Shown here piece after piece: positions 21,170 through 29,660 of a stretch of DNA of 64,000 nt; the stretch's first letter is position 1; each line of letters begins with the position of its first letter. The notes beneath the pieces are model-generated. The model did not search any database. It was not told the origin of the DNA and worked only from the letters and a program-made list of their open reading frames with translations. Source of the DNA: Clostridia bacterium (GTDB taxonomy: Bacteria; Bacillota; Clostridia; Christensenellales; CAG-138); the NCBI GenBank assembly GCA_030533005.1, contig JAUNJX010000006.1, positions 14,146 through 78,145 on the forward strand, read 5' to 3'. Made by a program: the position numbers and the translations under genes.

Positions 21170-21886
21170 TCAGCCCAAGAGCTTATGTGAAAAACGCCGA
21201 TAGAACAGGATGCACCACAAAAGCGCCGTAAAGAACGCCGGAAGCAGCCACAGCAGCGCATGCTCCGTAATGGCCTTGGTCATCCAAAGGCTAGGCAGCA
21301 GCCCCGCCGCGTACTGCGCGGGAGCAGGCACCCAAATGGCCGCAGGGACGCCCAAGAGCATCAGGCCGGACAATTTGGTAAGCGCCATCCCTTCCACCTT
21401 GTTCTTGGCAAGCGCCGCCACCATCAGCGACACGCTCACGCCCAACAGCGCGGAAACAAGCGCCAAGAGCGTGATTGCAAGCAGGGAAAGCGGCGTCAGA
21501 TGAAAGAGCAAGGTGACGGCGATGCACCATAAAACCGACAGCACAGCCGGTATGCCGATACGGGAAAGAAGATACCCGCCCCGTCCCAGCGGCGTTACGC
21601 CAAGCGCACGGGAAATACCGCTGTCCTGCTCCCCCAGCACCACCATCACGCCGGAGAAGGAGAACATAACGGGCGTCATGCAGATAAGAAGCAGATCAAA
21701 AATCGTGTAGTAAGGCGACAGAATGGCCGTTTTCCCCAGCCTTGCACAAAGATACCCCTCCAACGCCGGCACGCCCAAGCGGAACATCAGCCCCATCAAA
21801 ATGGGTGCGATCACCATGGCAAAGAGCATAGCGTCCTGCCATATCTGCACAATCATCTGCTTTGTTGCGGCAAAAAGCGGCTTCAC
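21170..21886 (-). CDS. ABC-2 type exporter permease
   Basis: 238 aa with ~6 TM helices. It overlaps the upstream permease gene by 4 nt. Confidence 0.7.
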   Translation of the reverse strand: MKPLFAATKQMIVQIWQDAMLFAMVIAPILMGLMFRLGVPALEGYLCARLGKTAILSPYYTIFDLLLICMTPVMFSFSGVMVVLGEQDSGISRALGVTPLGRGGYLLSRIGIPAVLSVLWCIAVTLLFHLTPLSLLAITLLALVSALLGVSVSLMVAALAKNKVEGMALTKLSGLMLLGVPAAIWVPAPAQYAAGLLPSLWMTKAITEHALLWLLPAFFTALLWCILFYRRFSHKLLG

Positions 21887-22566
21887 AGGCTCACGCCCCC
21901 CATCGAAAGAAAGTTGCGCCGCACCGCGCTTTTACAAAGGAGAAACGCCCCTATGCACCAGCCCAGCAGCACGCATACGCACAGCAGCGGAGCGGTCGCA
22001 CCCCCATGGATCAGCTTCACCGCCGCCACGCCCGGATGCAGTATAAGAAGGGCAGGCTCCACGCCAAATAGGAGCATCGCGGGCGGAAGGCAGATAAAAA
22101 GCTCAAAGGGTATGGTGAAGATCAAAAACTGGTTGAGGGTGGCAACGCGCATGGCAACGATCAGCCCGCACATGGAAAAGAGGAAGGATGCAAACAGCAC
22201 GCCCAGCGCGCAGGACACATAATCGGCAACGCCGCCCATGGCTGCCAAAAGCATCCCCACCAGCAGCCCCACAAAGGCAAGCGACATCATCTTTGCAAGT
22301 ATATATTCACCGATCTCCACAGGGGACACCGCCAGCGCGCAATTGACGCGCTGGCTTTTTTCCAGCAGCACCAGCGCGCCCATAAAGAACAGACCCATGG
22401 CGGCCGGGTCGGTGAAGATCAGTATGGTGGCGACCGTACGCCTGACGGTTTGCGGCACCGCAAAGAGCAGCAGCGCATAAAGCAGGGTAAACACAAGGTA
22501 AATGAAATAAAACCCGTACTTCCACTGAAAGCGCACATCGCCGCGGAGCAAAGCAAGCAGTCTCAT
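21883..22566 (-). CDS. ABC-2 type exporter permease
   Basis: 227-aa polytopic protein. It overlaps the ATPase gene by 4 nt. Confidence 0.7.
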   Translation of the reverse strand: MRLLALLRGDVRFQWKYGFYFIYLVFTLLYALLLFAVPQTVRRTVATILIFTDPAAMGLFFMGALVLLEKSQRVNCALAVSPVEIGEYILAKMMSLAFVGLLVGMLLAAMGGVADYVSCALGVLFASFLFSMCGLIVAMRVATLNQFLIFTIPFELFICLPPAMLLFGVEPALLILHPGVAAVKLIHGGATAPLLCVCVLLGWCIGAFLLCKSAVRRNFLSMGGVSL

Positions 22567-23411
22567 TCCAGCGCCCTCCCCGTGACGTCCATGAAAATAT
22601 CGCCAAGATTCGGTTCGGCGGAGTGGATGGTGCTGATGCGCCCCGCCTTGAGCAGCCTTTGCAGCAGAGCGTCAGCGCCCGTCGCCTGTATGGAGCATGC
22701 GCCGCTTTGCTCGCGCCCGTCCTCCATATAGGTATAGCGCACGACGCCCGCACCCTTTTGCATGATCAGCGCGTGCGGCGTATCCAGCGCCTTGACGCTG
22801 CCACCCACGATAAAGGCCACGCGGTCGCAAAGCTCCTGCGCGTCCTGCATGTTGTGGGTGGTGAGAATCACGGTCTTGCCGTTTGCTTTTTCCTCCAAAA
22901 TGAGATCCTTCATCAGGCGCGCGTTGGCGGGATCCAAGCCGCTTGTGGGTTCATCCAGAAAAAGGATATCGGGATCGTTTACAAGCGCCCGCAAAAAGCT
23001 CAAGCGGCTTTTCATGCCCTTGGAATAATCGGATACCCTTTTATCCGCGTCGGGCAATAACACAAGGGACGCAAGCAGCGCGTCCGCAGGGCGCGTTTTC
23101 ACACTGTAGAGGGAGGCGAAAAATTGCAGGTTTTCCCGGGCTGTCAGCTTATCATAAAGGGCGGGGAACTCAAAATCCACCCCGATGCGCTCGTAGAAAT
23201 CCCGTTTATGCGTCTTGACCTCCGCGTCCAGCACCCGTACGCTGCCGCCATAGGCGGGAAGCTGCCCCGTGAGTATCTTTTGCAGGGTGGACTTTCCTGC
23301 GCCCGATGGGCCAAGAAAACCGAATATTTCCCCCTTTGCCACATGGAACGTCACGTCCGTGATAAACGGGCTTTTCGTGTAGCTGAAGGACAAGTCCCGT
23401 ATGTCGATCAT
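22563..23411 (-). CDS. ABC transporter ATP-binding protein
   Basis: 282 aa with Walker A GPSGAGKST, signature YSKGMKSRL and Walker B ILFLDEP. Confidence 0.9.
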   Translation of the reverse strand: MIDIRDLSFSYTKSPFITDVTFHVAKGEIFGFLGPSGAGKSTLQKILTGQLPAYGGSVRVLDAEVKTHKRDFYERIGVDFEFPALYDKLTARENLQFFASLYSVKTRPADALLASLVLLPDADKRVSDYSKGMKSRLSFLRALVNDPDILFLDEPTSGLDPANARLMKDLILEEKANGKTVILTTHNMQDAQELCDRVAFIVGGSVKALDTPHALIMQKGAGVVRYTYMEDGREQSGACSIQATGADALLQRLLKAGRISTIHSAEPNLGDIFMDVTGRALE

Positions 23412-23501
23412 GGTATGCCTCCCTCGCAGCTATGCCGCAGCCGCAGCTTTCATTCTCTATCAGCGTACCCATATTCCCATATTTTGTCAACAGCATGCAA
23501 A

Positions 23502-23529
23502 GGCGGCGCCGCATCATCGCGGCGCCGCC
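23502..23529 (-). terminator. intrinsic terminator after the YtrA-type ABC operon
   Basis: GGCGGCGCCGC-N6-GCGGCGCCGCC followed by TTTGC on the minus strand. A TTGACA-17-TACGCT promoter candidate for the next operon follows. Confidence 0.55.
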
Positions 23530-23546
23530 AAGGTAAGCTTATTTGC

Positions 23547-24398
23547 TTATTCGAGGTTCAGCTTGTTTTTGAGCATCCGATCCGTAATGTAGTACATCAC
23601 TGCGGTAATAACGACGCTCATGACCAAGGTAAAGGTGAATACGCCGTTCATGGCGCTAAAGTAGACGTTCCAGTCAACTTCCCCTGCCGACATCACCGTC
23701 AGCATCATGGCGCTGCTGATGACGCCGGAAACGGCGGAGATGATAAAGGTGACGAGAAAATAGAGGCAAACGGCGCAAAGTATCTTATGCTTGCGGGCAA
23801 GCTGGTTGCCCAGCGTCACCACGAAATCCACCATCACCACGGAAGCAACTGCGGAGATCAGCGTCAGCGCCACATACTGGATGATGAACCATGTGAGGTC
23901 GAATCCCGTGGAAAATTGTGCAAACTCCGCCTTGAGCTCCGCAAAGCCCTGCGCGATCTCCGCGCTGATCTTGGCGTCAAAGCCAAAGCCGATCAGGAGG
24001 AACAAACCAACGCCTATAAGCACCGCCAGAAGATTGATGAGTATCCAGATGGACCCTGTGATGACCTTGGAAAGCAGCACCTTTGAGGACGCAACGGGCA
24101 GTGTGAAGGTAAGATAGCCTTCGTCGCAAAAGCAGTTTTGATAATACTGCTTTCCTACAAGTATCTGCGTAATGATCGAGGACGCCGCGATCAGTATCAT
24201 CACAAGCGAAATAATGACCACCATGACGATCTGCATCGTGTGCGGTCCCTGCTGCTGATCGCCCATCATCTGTGCCGTGCGCACGAAATAGCTCATGCAA
24301 AAGCCCGCGAGGATGCCGCCCAGCAGTACGCCAAGCTGCAACGGCCACTGCAAGCGCCCTTGATCCCGAAAATCATATTTCATCAACTTGCTTAGCAT
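23547..24398 (-). CDS. ABC exporter membrane component (polytopic, family unclear)
   Basis: 283 aa with ~6 TM helices. It overlaps the ATPase gene by 7 nt. Confidence 0.6.
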   Translation of the reverse strand: MLSKLMKYDFRDQGRLQWPLQLGVLLGGILAGFCMSYFVRTAQMMGDQQQGPHTMQIVMVVIISLVMILIAASSIITQILVGKQYYQNCFCDEGYLTFTLPVASSKVLLSKVITGSIWILINLLAVLIGVGLFLLIGFGFDAKISAEIAQGFAELKAEFAQFSTGFDLTWFIIQYVALTLISAVASVVMVDFVVTLGNQLARKHKILCAVCLYFLVTFIISAVSGVISSAMMLTVMSAGEVDWNVYFSAMNGVFTFTLVMSVVITAVMYYITDRMLKNKLNLE

Positions 24399-25099
24399 TT
24401 GAATACCTCCCTGAACAGCGCGTCCAACGACTGCGCATTTTCTTCCCTGACCGCATCCGCGCTGCTTTCCATGACGATCTCGCCGTTTTTAAGGAACACA
24501 AACGCGTCCAGCACGTTTTCCACATCCGCGATCAGGTGCGTCGAGATCAGCACGCTTGCGGAAGGATCATAATTGCCTATGATGGTATTGAGGATATACT
24601 CCCGCGTGGCCGGATCGACGCCGCCGATAGGCTCGTCTAAAAGATACAGCTTCGCACGCCGGGACATGACCAGCACGATCTGCACCTTCTCCTTGTTGCC
24701 CTTGGAAAGCGTCTTTATGCGCGCATCCATGGGAACATTCAGAGTGGCTAACATCTCCTCCGCCCGCTTGCGGTCAAAATCCGCGTAAAAGTCCGCAAAA
24801 TAATCCACGCACTCGCTTACCTTCATCACGGGATTGAAATAAGGACGCTCCGGCAGATACGATACGACCGCCTTGGTTTCCTCGCCCACGCGCTTGCCGT
24901 CCACCAGCACCGTGCCCGCGTCCTCCCGCAGCACGCCCGCGAGAATCTTGATCAGCGTCGTCTTGCCGCTGCCGTTGGGGCCAAGCAAGCCCACGATCTT
25001 TCCGGCGGGCAGGGTAAAGCTCACGCCGTTCAAGGCCACGGTGGGCTTATAATTCTTCACTACATGATCGCATACAACGATCTTTTCTATCGCTTCCAT
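24392..25099 (-). CDS. ABC transporter ATP-binding protein
   Basis: 235 aa with Walker A GPNGSGKTT, signature LSKGNKEKV and Walker B LYLLDEP. Confidence 0.9.
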   Translation of the reverse strand: MEAIEKIVVCDHVVKNYKPTVALNGVSFTLPAGKIVGLLGPNGSGKTTLIKILAGVLREDAGTVLVDGKRVGEETKAVVSYLPERPYFNPVMKVSECVDYFADFYADFDRKRAEEMLATLNVPMDARIKTLSKGNKEKVQIVLVMSRRAKLYLLDEPIGGVDPATREYILNTIIGNYDPSASVLISTHLIADVENVLDAFVFLKNGEIVMESSADAVREENAQSLDALFREVFKC

Positions 25100-25100
25100 G

Positions 25101-25469
25101 TTATTCCCCCTTTACATCCTCTGCGGCAAGGAATTCCTGCGCTTCTTTTTTGCTGTAGCCCAGCGCCTCCATGCTCTTGATGAACTGCTTGGCGACCTCC
25201 ATCGCCTTCGTATCCCTCGCCATCTTGATAGCCTCCTCGTTTTCTGTAACCGATTTTCCGCTGTTGCGCTGCGTAATGATCAGTCCCATGCTCTCCAGCT
25301 CCGCCAGCGCGCGCTGCATCGTATTGGGATTTACGGCAGCCGTCACGGACAGATCACGGACGCTTGGCAGCCTCTCGCCACTGGAATAGTGGCCGCTTAC
25401 GATATCCGTCAAAATATGATCGACGATCTGCTTATAGATCGGCTGCTGCGGCAAAAATGTCCAACCCAT
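25101..25469 (-). CDS. GntR-family (YtrA-subfamily) transcriptional repressor
   Basis: 122 aa. PIYKQIVDHILTDIVSGHYSSGERLPSVRDLSVTAAVNPNTMQRALAELE is a winged-HTH GntR domain with the short C-terminal part typical of YtrA. It is the first gene of the GntR-ABC operon. Confidence 0.9.
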   Translation of the reverse strand: MGWTFLPQQPIYKQIVDHILTDIVSGHYSSGERLPSVRDLSVTAAVNPNTMQRALAELESMGLIITQRNSGKSVTENEEAIKMARDTKAMEVAKQFIKSMEALGYSKKEAQEFLAAEDVKGE

Positions 25470-25509
25470 GCTGTTCTCCCTTCCTGTGTCAGTGTCTTAA
25501 TTCATTGTT

Positions 25510-25527
25510 GTATTAAGTACTTAATAC
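25510..25527. promoter_or_regulatory. perfect 18-bp palindrome GTATTAAGTACTTAATAC, candidate YtrA/GntR operator
   Basis: Read directly. It lies 41 nt upstream of the GntR start codon, in the divergent region shared with glnA. Confidence 0.6.
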
Positions 25528-25610
25528 ACTATAGCACGAATGAAAAATTTGTCAAGCGGTAAACCCAAATTTTTGCATTGCCGAAATTCGCAAGGCGACG
25601 GCGCGTTTCC

Positions 25611-25639
25611 TTGACAAATCCGCCCCGTCATATTACTAT
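25611..25639 (+). promoter_or_regulatory. sigma-A type promoter for glnA
   Basis: TTGACA-17 nt-TACTAT, about 30 nt before the ATG at 25671. Confidence 0.5.
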
Positions 25640-25670
25640 ATTTTTCATATATTATTGGGAGGTCATCGGC

Positions 25671-26876
25671 ATGCAGTACACCCAACAGGATGTGATGGAT
25701 TATCTGCGGGAGGAGGACGTAAAGTTCATACGGCTTGTCTTTTGCGACGCGCTGGGCGTGGTCAAGAACATCTCCATTATGGAAAGCGAGCTGCCGCGCG
25801 CCTTTGCAAACGGCATCTCCTTTGATGCCTCAGCCATACGCGGCTTTTCGCAGGAGGAACGCTCCGATCTGTTTTTGCTGCCCGATCCCTCCACGCTGGC
25901 GCTGTTGCCCTGGCATCCGGCGCAGGGGCGCGTGGTGCGCATGTTCTGCGACGTCAAGTCGCCCGGCGGCGACGCATATGCGCTGGACACGCGATTTTTG
26001 CTCAAGCGCGCCGTAGAGGACGCCGCGCAGGCGGGCGTCTGCTGCGATATCGGCGCCGAATTTGAATTCTATCTTTTCCGCACGGACGCAAACGGCGCAC
26101 CCACGGATACGCCGATCGATCAGGCGGGCTATATGGATATGGCGCCGGAGGACGCGGGCGAGATCGTGCGGCGGGAAATCTGCCTGACCCTGGAGGAAAT
26201 GGGCATACGCCCCGAAACCTCCCACCATGAGGAGGGCCCGGGGCAAAACGAGATCGATTTTCGTTTCAGCGACCCCGTATCCGCCGCGGACAACGCCGTC
26301 ACCGTCAAAACCGTCATCAAAACCATCGCTGCGCGCAACGGCCTGTACGCCTCCTTCGAGCCAAAGCCCCTGGCGCGGCACGCGGGCAGCGGCATGCACA
26401 TCAACATATCGCCGCAGGGCGACTGCTTCCAAGCCTTTATGGCGGGCATACTGGAGCACGTCAGCGAGCTTACCATCTTCTTCAACCCCACCGTGAAATC
26501 CTATGAACGTCTGGGCGGCTACAAAGCGCCGCGCTACATCACATGGTCGCCTGAAAACCGCACGCCGCTGATCCGCATCCCTGCGGCAGAGGACGCGCGC
26601 AGGCGCATCGAGCTTCGCTCCCCCGACGCCATGGCCAATCCGTATCTTGCCTACGCCGTACTCATACAGGCGGGGCTGGACGGCGTAAGGCGCGGACTTA
26701 TACCGCCCGTGCCCTGCAACATCAACCTCTATACGGCCTCCGACGACATACTCTCCCGCTATGCCATGCTGCCAGCCACGCTGGAGGCCGCCGCCGCCTG
26801 CATGCAAAAAAGCGATTTCGTGCAGCGCCTGCTGCCCCCTCGCCTGATCCGCACCTACTGCGAGCTGGCGCGCTAG
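25671..26876 (+). CDS. glnA: type I-like glutamine synthetase (short, 401 aa)
   Basis: GGGAGG RBS before the ATG at 25671 (the ORF track starts earlier, at 25578). Motifs FDASAIRGF, EFEFYLF, HHEEGPGQNEIDF, GSGMHINIS and NRTPLIRIP. Confidence 0.9.
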   Translation: MQYTQQDVMDYLREEDVKFIRLVFCDALGVVKNISIMESELPRAFANGISFDASAIRGFSQEERSDLFLLPDPSTLALLPWHPAQGRVVRMFCDVKSPGGDAYALDTRFLLKRAVEDAAQAGVCCDIGAEFEFYLFRTDANGAPTDTPIDQAGYMDMAPEDAGEIVRREICLTLEEMGIRPETSHHEEGPGQNEIDFRFSDPVSAADNAVTVKTVIKTIAARNGLYASFEPKPLARHAGSGMHINISPQGDCFQAFMAGILEHVSELTIFFNPTVKSYERLGGYKAPRYITWSPENRTPLIRIPAAEDARRRIELRSPDAMANPYLAYAVLIQAGLDGVRRGLIPPVPCNINLYTASDDILSRYAMLPATLEAAAACMQKSDFVQRLLPPRLIRTYCELAR

Positions 26877-26880
26877 GGTC

Positions 26881-27462
26881 ATGCAGGAGCGGGCGCAAAA
26901 AAGCATACTGGTAGTATCCGGGACGGATAAGCTCAGGGAAGCGCTTTCGTCCTTATTGCCTTGCGCCGAATTCGTGCTATATACCGCCGCCTCCTGCGCC
27001 GAGGCGCGGCGCATGCTGCTGCGCTGCCAATACGACGTTATTCTTATCAGCGCCCCGCTCCCGGATGAATTCGGCACGACGTTCGCTTTGGATCTTGCGC
27101 AGCGCAATTCCTCCGGCGTCATTTTGCTGGTGCGCGGCTCCTTGTTTGAGGAAATATGCGCTAAGGTGGAAAGCTACGGCGTGCTGACGGTGGAAAAGCC
27201 CACGCCGCGCCCCGTCCTCTACGCCGCCATACGCATGGCCGCCGCCATGCGCGCGCGCCTTGCCCGCGCCGAAGCGCAAACACAAAGCCTGACCGCCAAA
27301 ATGGAAGAAATACGCATCGTCAACCGCGCCAAATGGGTGCTGATCAAATATCTCAATATCGACGAGGCGCAAGCCCACCGACACATCGAAAAGCAGGCCA
27401 TGGATCGGCGCTTATCCAAGCGGGAGGTCGCAGAAAAGATCATCAGCACCTATGAAGGATAA
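26881..27462 (+). CDS. ANTAR-domain RNA-binding antiterminator with pseudo-receiver domain
   Basis: 193 aa. The C-terminal EEIRIVNRAKWVLIKYLNIDEAQAHRHIEKQAMDRRLSKREVAEKII is an ANTAR domain. The N-terminal receiver-like fold has Ser where the phospho-acceptor Asp is expected (DVILISAP) and no acidic pair. Confidence 0.85.
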   Translation: MQERAQKSILVVSGTDKLREALSSLLPCAEFVLYTAASCAEARRMLLRCQYDVILISAPLPDEFGTTFALDLAQRNSSGVILLVRGSLFEEICAKVESYGVLTVEKPTPRPVLYAAIRMAAAMRARLARAEAQTQSLTAKMEEIRIVNRAKWVLIKYLNIDEAQAHRHIEKQAMDRRLSKREVAEKIISTYEG

Positions 27463-27467
27463 GCCTT

Positions 27468-28328
27468 TTACCCTGCAAGCTCCTCCTTGAAGCCTTCGCC
27501 GTGCACCTCGGCGGCGTTCTGGATGATGATGAACGCCGCAGGGTCTATGCGCTTGGCGATGCGCAGTGTTTCCGCCATCTGCCCCCGATGCAGCACCATC
27601 ATCAAAAGATCCTTTTCATTCCGCGTGTATCCCCCGCGCACGGTGAATTCCGTAAGCCCCAGTCCCTTTTCGCCCACCAATATTTCCTTGATTTCCGACG
27701 CCTTGTCCGTGATGAGCATAATGACCTTGGCGTTATCGAGACCCTGCATGATCGCGTCGATCAGCTTGCCCTGTATGAATATGGTCACGGCCGAATAGAG
27801 CGCCACCTCGATATCCCGAAATAAAATCACGGCGATCAAGACCACGCCCGCATCCACGATCGTCAGCAGCGTACCCGCGGGAATGTGCGGAAAGGGCTTG
27901 CGAAGGAGCATCACAAGAAGATCCGTGCCGCCCGTGGTCATGTTCCGCGTCATAAGAATACCCACGCCCAGACCCAGCGCCGCGCCGCCGTACACGGAGG
28001 CAAGCAGACGGTTTTCCGTATAAACGGGCAGTATCGGCGTAAACACATCGACGAATACGGAAAAGCATGCCGCCGCGATCACGGTCAGCAGCAGCTTTCG
28101 CCAGCCAAACGTACGCCATGCGGCCAGCAACAGCGGTATGTTGATGAGCATGGATAGCAAGCCTATCGGTATAGGCAGCAGCACGGCGACCGCCGTCGCC
28201 AAGCCCGAAACGCCGCCCGGCGCTATATTGTTGGGGATGGTGAATATGACCATGCCGGCCGCCATGATCACCGCAGAAAGCAACATCACGATCACATCCC
28301 ACACCAACGCTTTCTTTTCCTTACGCAT
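27468..28328 (-). CDS. YitT-family membrane protein (DUF2179 C-terminal domain)
   Basis: I prefer the start at 28328 (MRKEKKALVWDV..., GGAG 10 nt upstream). The product has 5 TM helices plus a DUF2179-like C-terminus. Confidence 0.8.
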   Translation of the reverse strand: MRKEKKALVWDVIVMLLSAVIMAAGMVIFTIPNNIAPGGVSGLATAVAVLLPIPIGLLSMLINIPLLLAAWRTFGWRKLLLTVIAAACFSVFVDVFTPILPVYTENRLLASVYGGAALGLGVGILMTRNMTTGGTDLLVMLLRKPFPHIPAGTLLTIVDAGVVLIAVILFRDIEVALYSAVTIFIQGKLIDAIMQGLDNAKVIMLITDKASEIKEILVGEKGLGLTEFTVRGGYTRNEKDLLMMVLHRGQMAETLRIAKRIDPAAFIIIQNAAEVHGEGFKEELAG

Positions 28329-28535
28329 CACAAACAGTCTCCGTTCTTCCCAAGTATTTTCATTTTGCCCGAAAGAGCACAGTGCTTTTCTTTTTTTATT
28401 CAATTTATGCGTGGTTTTGTTTTTTGAAAATGCTTCCCTGCCCCCGGTATGCTCATCCAGTCCGCGCGCAACGCGCAGGGCGCAGAATCTTTTACAGTAG
28501 ATAGTATAGCATAGAAACCATGCGTTTTACCACCC

Positions 28536-29660
28536 CTATGCTTCCACCTGCCGCTTGCCGGTATAGCGGAAAGCCGTAAAGGGACGATAGCTATAGCACA
28601 TCCCCGCTTCACCGCAAAGCGCGGGCGCTTTATCCATATAATACACCGTCACGTCCAGCCCGTCCTGCGTCCGCCGCGCCGTATAATCCAAAACGCCGTC
28701 ACAGGCAAAAAGCCGTTCGTCCAAAGCCGCGATGCGCGCATCCCGGCCGCGCACCCACAGGCGCTTAAGAAAGCTGCCGCAGGCGCAGGGCGCAAGCGTA
28801 AGCTTCGCCATATCCCCCGTTCGGTAGCGCAAAAGCGGCATAGCTTCCCTATTCAGCGTCGTCACCACCAGCTCGCCCCATTCGTCATAGACCACCTTTC
28901 CCTCCTTGACGATCTCCAGATACAGGTCATTTTCCCGTATGTGCATGCCGTCGTGCGCGCCGCAATCGATGGCGCAGCCATAGCCCGTTTCCGTCATGCC
29001 AAAATGCGAATACGCTTCCACCCCCATGCTTCGCAATCGCGCAAGCAGCGCGCGCGGCACATAGTCGGAGGAAAGCAGCGCCTTTTGCGGCAGCTCTTGC
29101 CCCCTTGCGCGCAAAAGCGCGCATAAGCACAGCATCTGCACGGGCGTGCCGACAACGCTTTGCGCCACGGGCAATGACGCCGCGTCCCGCAGCAAGCCCA
29201 CGCGCAAAGGCGTCGCACCCATACGCGCAAGTCCCCGCGCAAGCAAATCGCCCACGCCGTCCGGCGTTTCGCAGGGCAGGCACATGGCGCAGCTTTCCCC
29301 GCGCGCCGCCACAAGCCGCATGCCATGCGCAAAATAATCCACCGTATGCTCTAAATCGTCCCGCGTAAAATACAGCCGTTTGGGCGCGCCCGTCGTGCCG
29401 CTCGTCTGCTGGGTGACGATGCGCTGTATGCCGTCACTCGATACGCAGAGCATCCGCGCGCCCTGCTCTTTCAGATCGTCCGCCGTGATAAAAGGCAGCG
29501 CCTCAAAATCCGCAAGCGTCCGCACGGCGGGATAGTGCTTATAGAACAGCGACGCGCGCGCTTTCTCCACCGTTTGGGAAAGCAAAGCGGGCAGCGCCGC
29601 GCCATAAGCCGCCCTGCCCTCTATCCCATGCTTTTCCTTTATCCAATCATCCAGTATCAT
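28536..29660 (-). CDS. PaaK / coenzyme-F390-synthetase-like adenylate-forming enzyme
   Basis: 374 aa. P-loop-like TSGTTGAPKRLYFT and overall PaaK architecture. It is the last gene of the accessory operon and shares an ATGA overlap with the radical SAM gene. Confidence 0.8.
   Translation of the reverse strand: MILDDWIKEKHGIEGRAAYGAALPALLSQTVEKARASLFYKHYPAVRTLADFEALPFITADDLKEQGARMLCVSSDGIQRIVTQQTSGTTGAPKRLYFTRDDLEHTVDYFAHGMRLVAARGESCAMCLPCETPDGVGDLLARGLARMGATPLRVGLLRDAASLPVAQSVVGTPVQMLCLCALLRARGQELPQKALLSSDYVPRALLARLRSMGVEAYSHFGMTETGYGCAIDCGAHDGMHIRENDLYLEIVKEGKVVYDEWGELVVTTLNREAMPLLRYRTGDMAKLTLAPCACGSFLKRLWVRGRDARIAALDERLFACDGVLDYTARRTQDGLDVTVYYMDKAPALCGEAGMCYSYRPFTAFRYTGKRQVEA

Noticed and set aside
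25830-27122. 430-aa minus-strand ORF covering glnA and the start of the ANTAR gene
   Set aside because: It lies antisense to two genes with clear family motifs. The translation is Arg/Ala/Gly-rich and low-complexity, as expected for shadow frames in high-GC DNA.
28404-28535. YitT leader considered for a c-di-AMP (ydaO-type) or other riboswitch
   Set aside because: I found no conserved ydaO/kimA-like blocks, only a plausible TATACT -10 and an unstructured GC-rich stretch.
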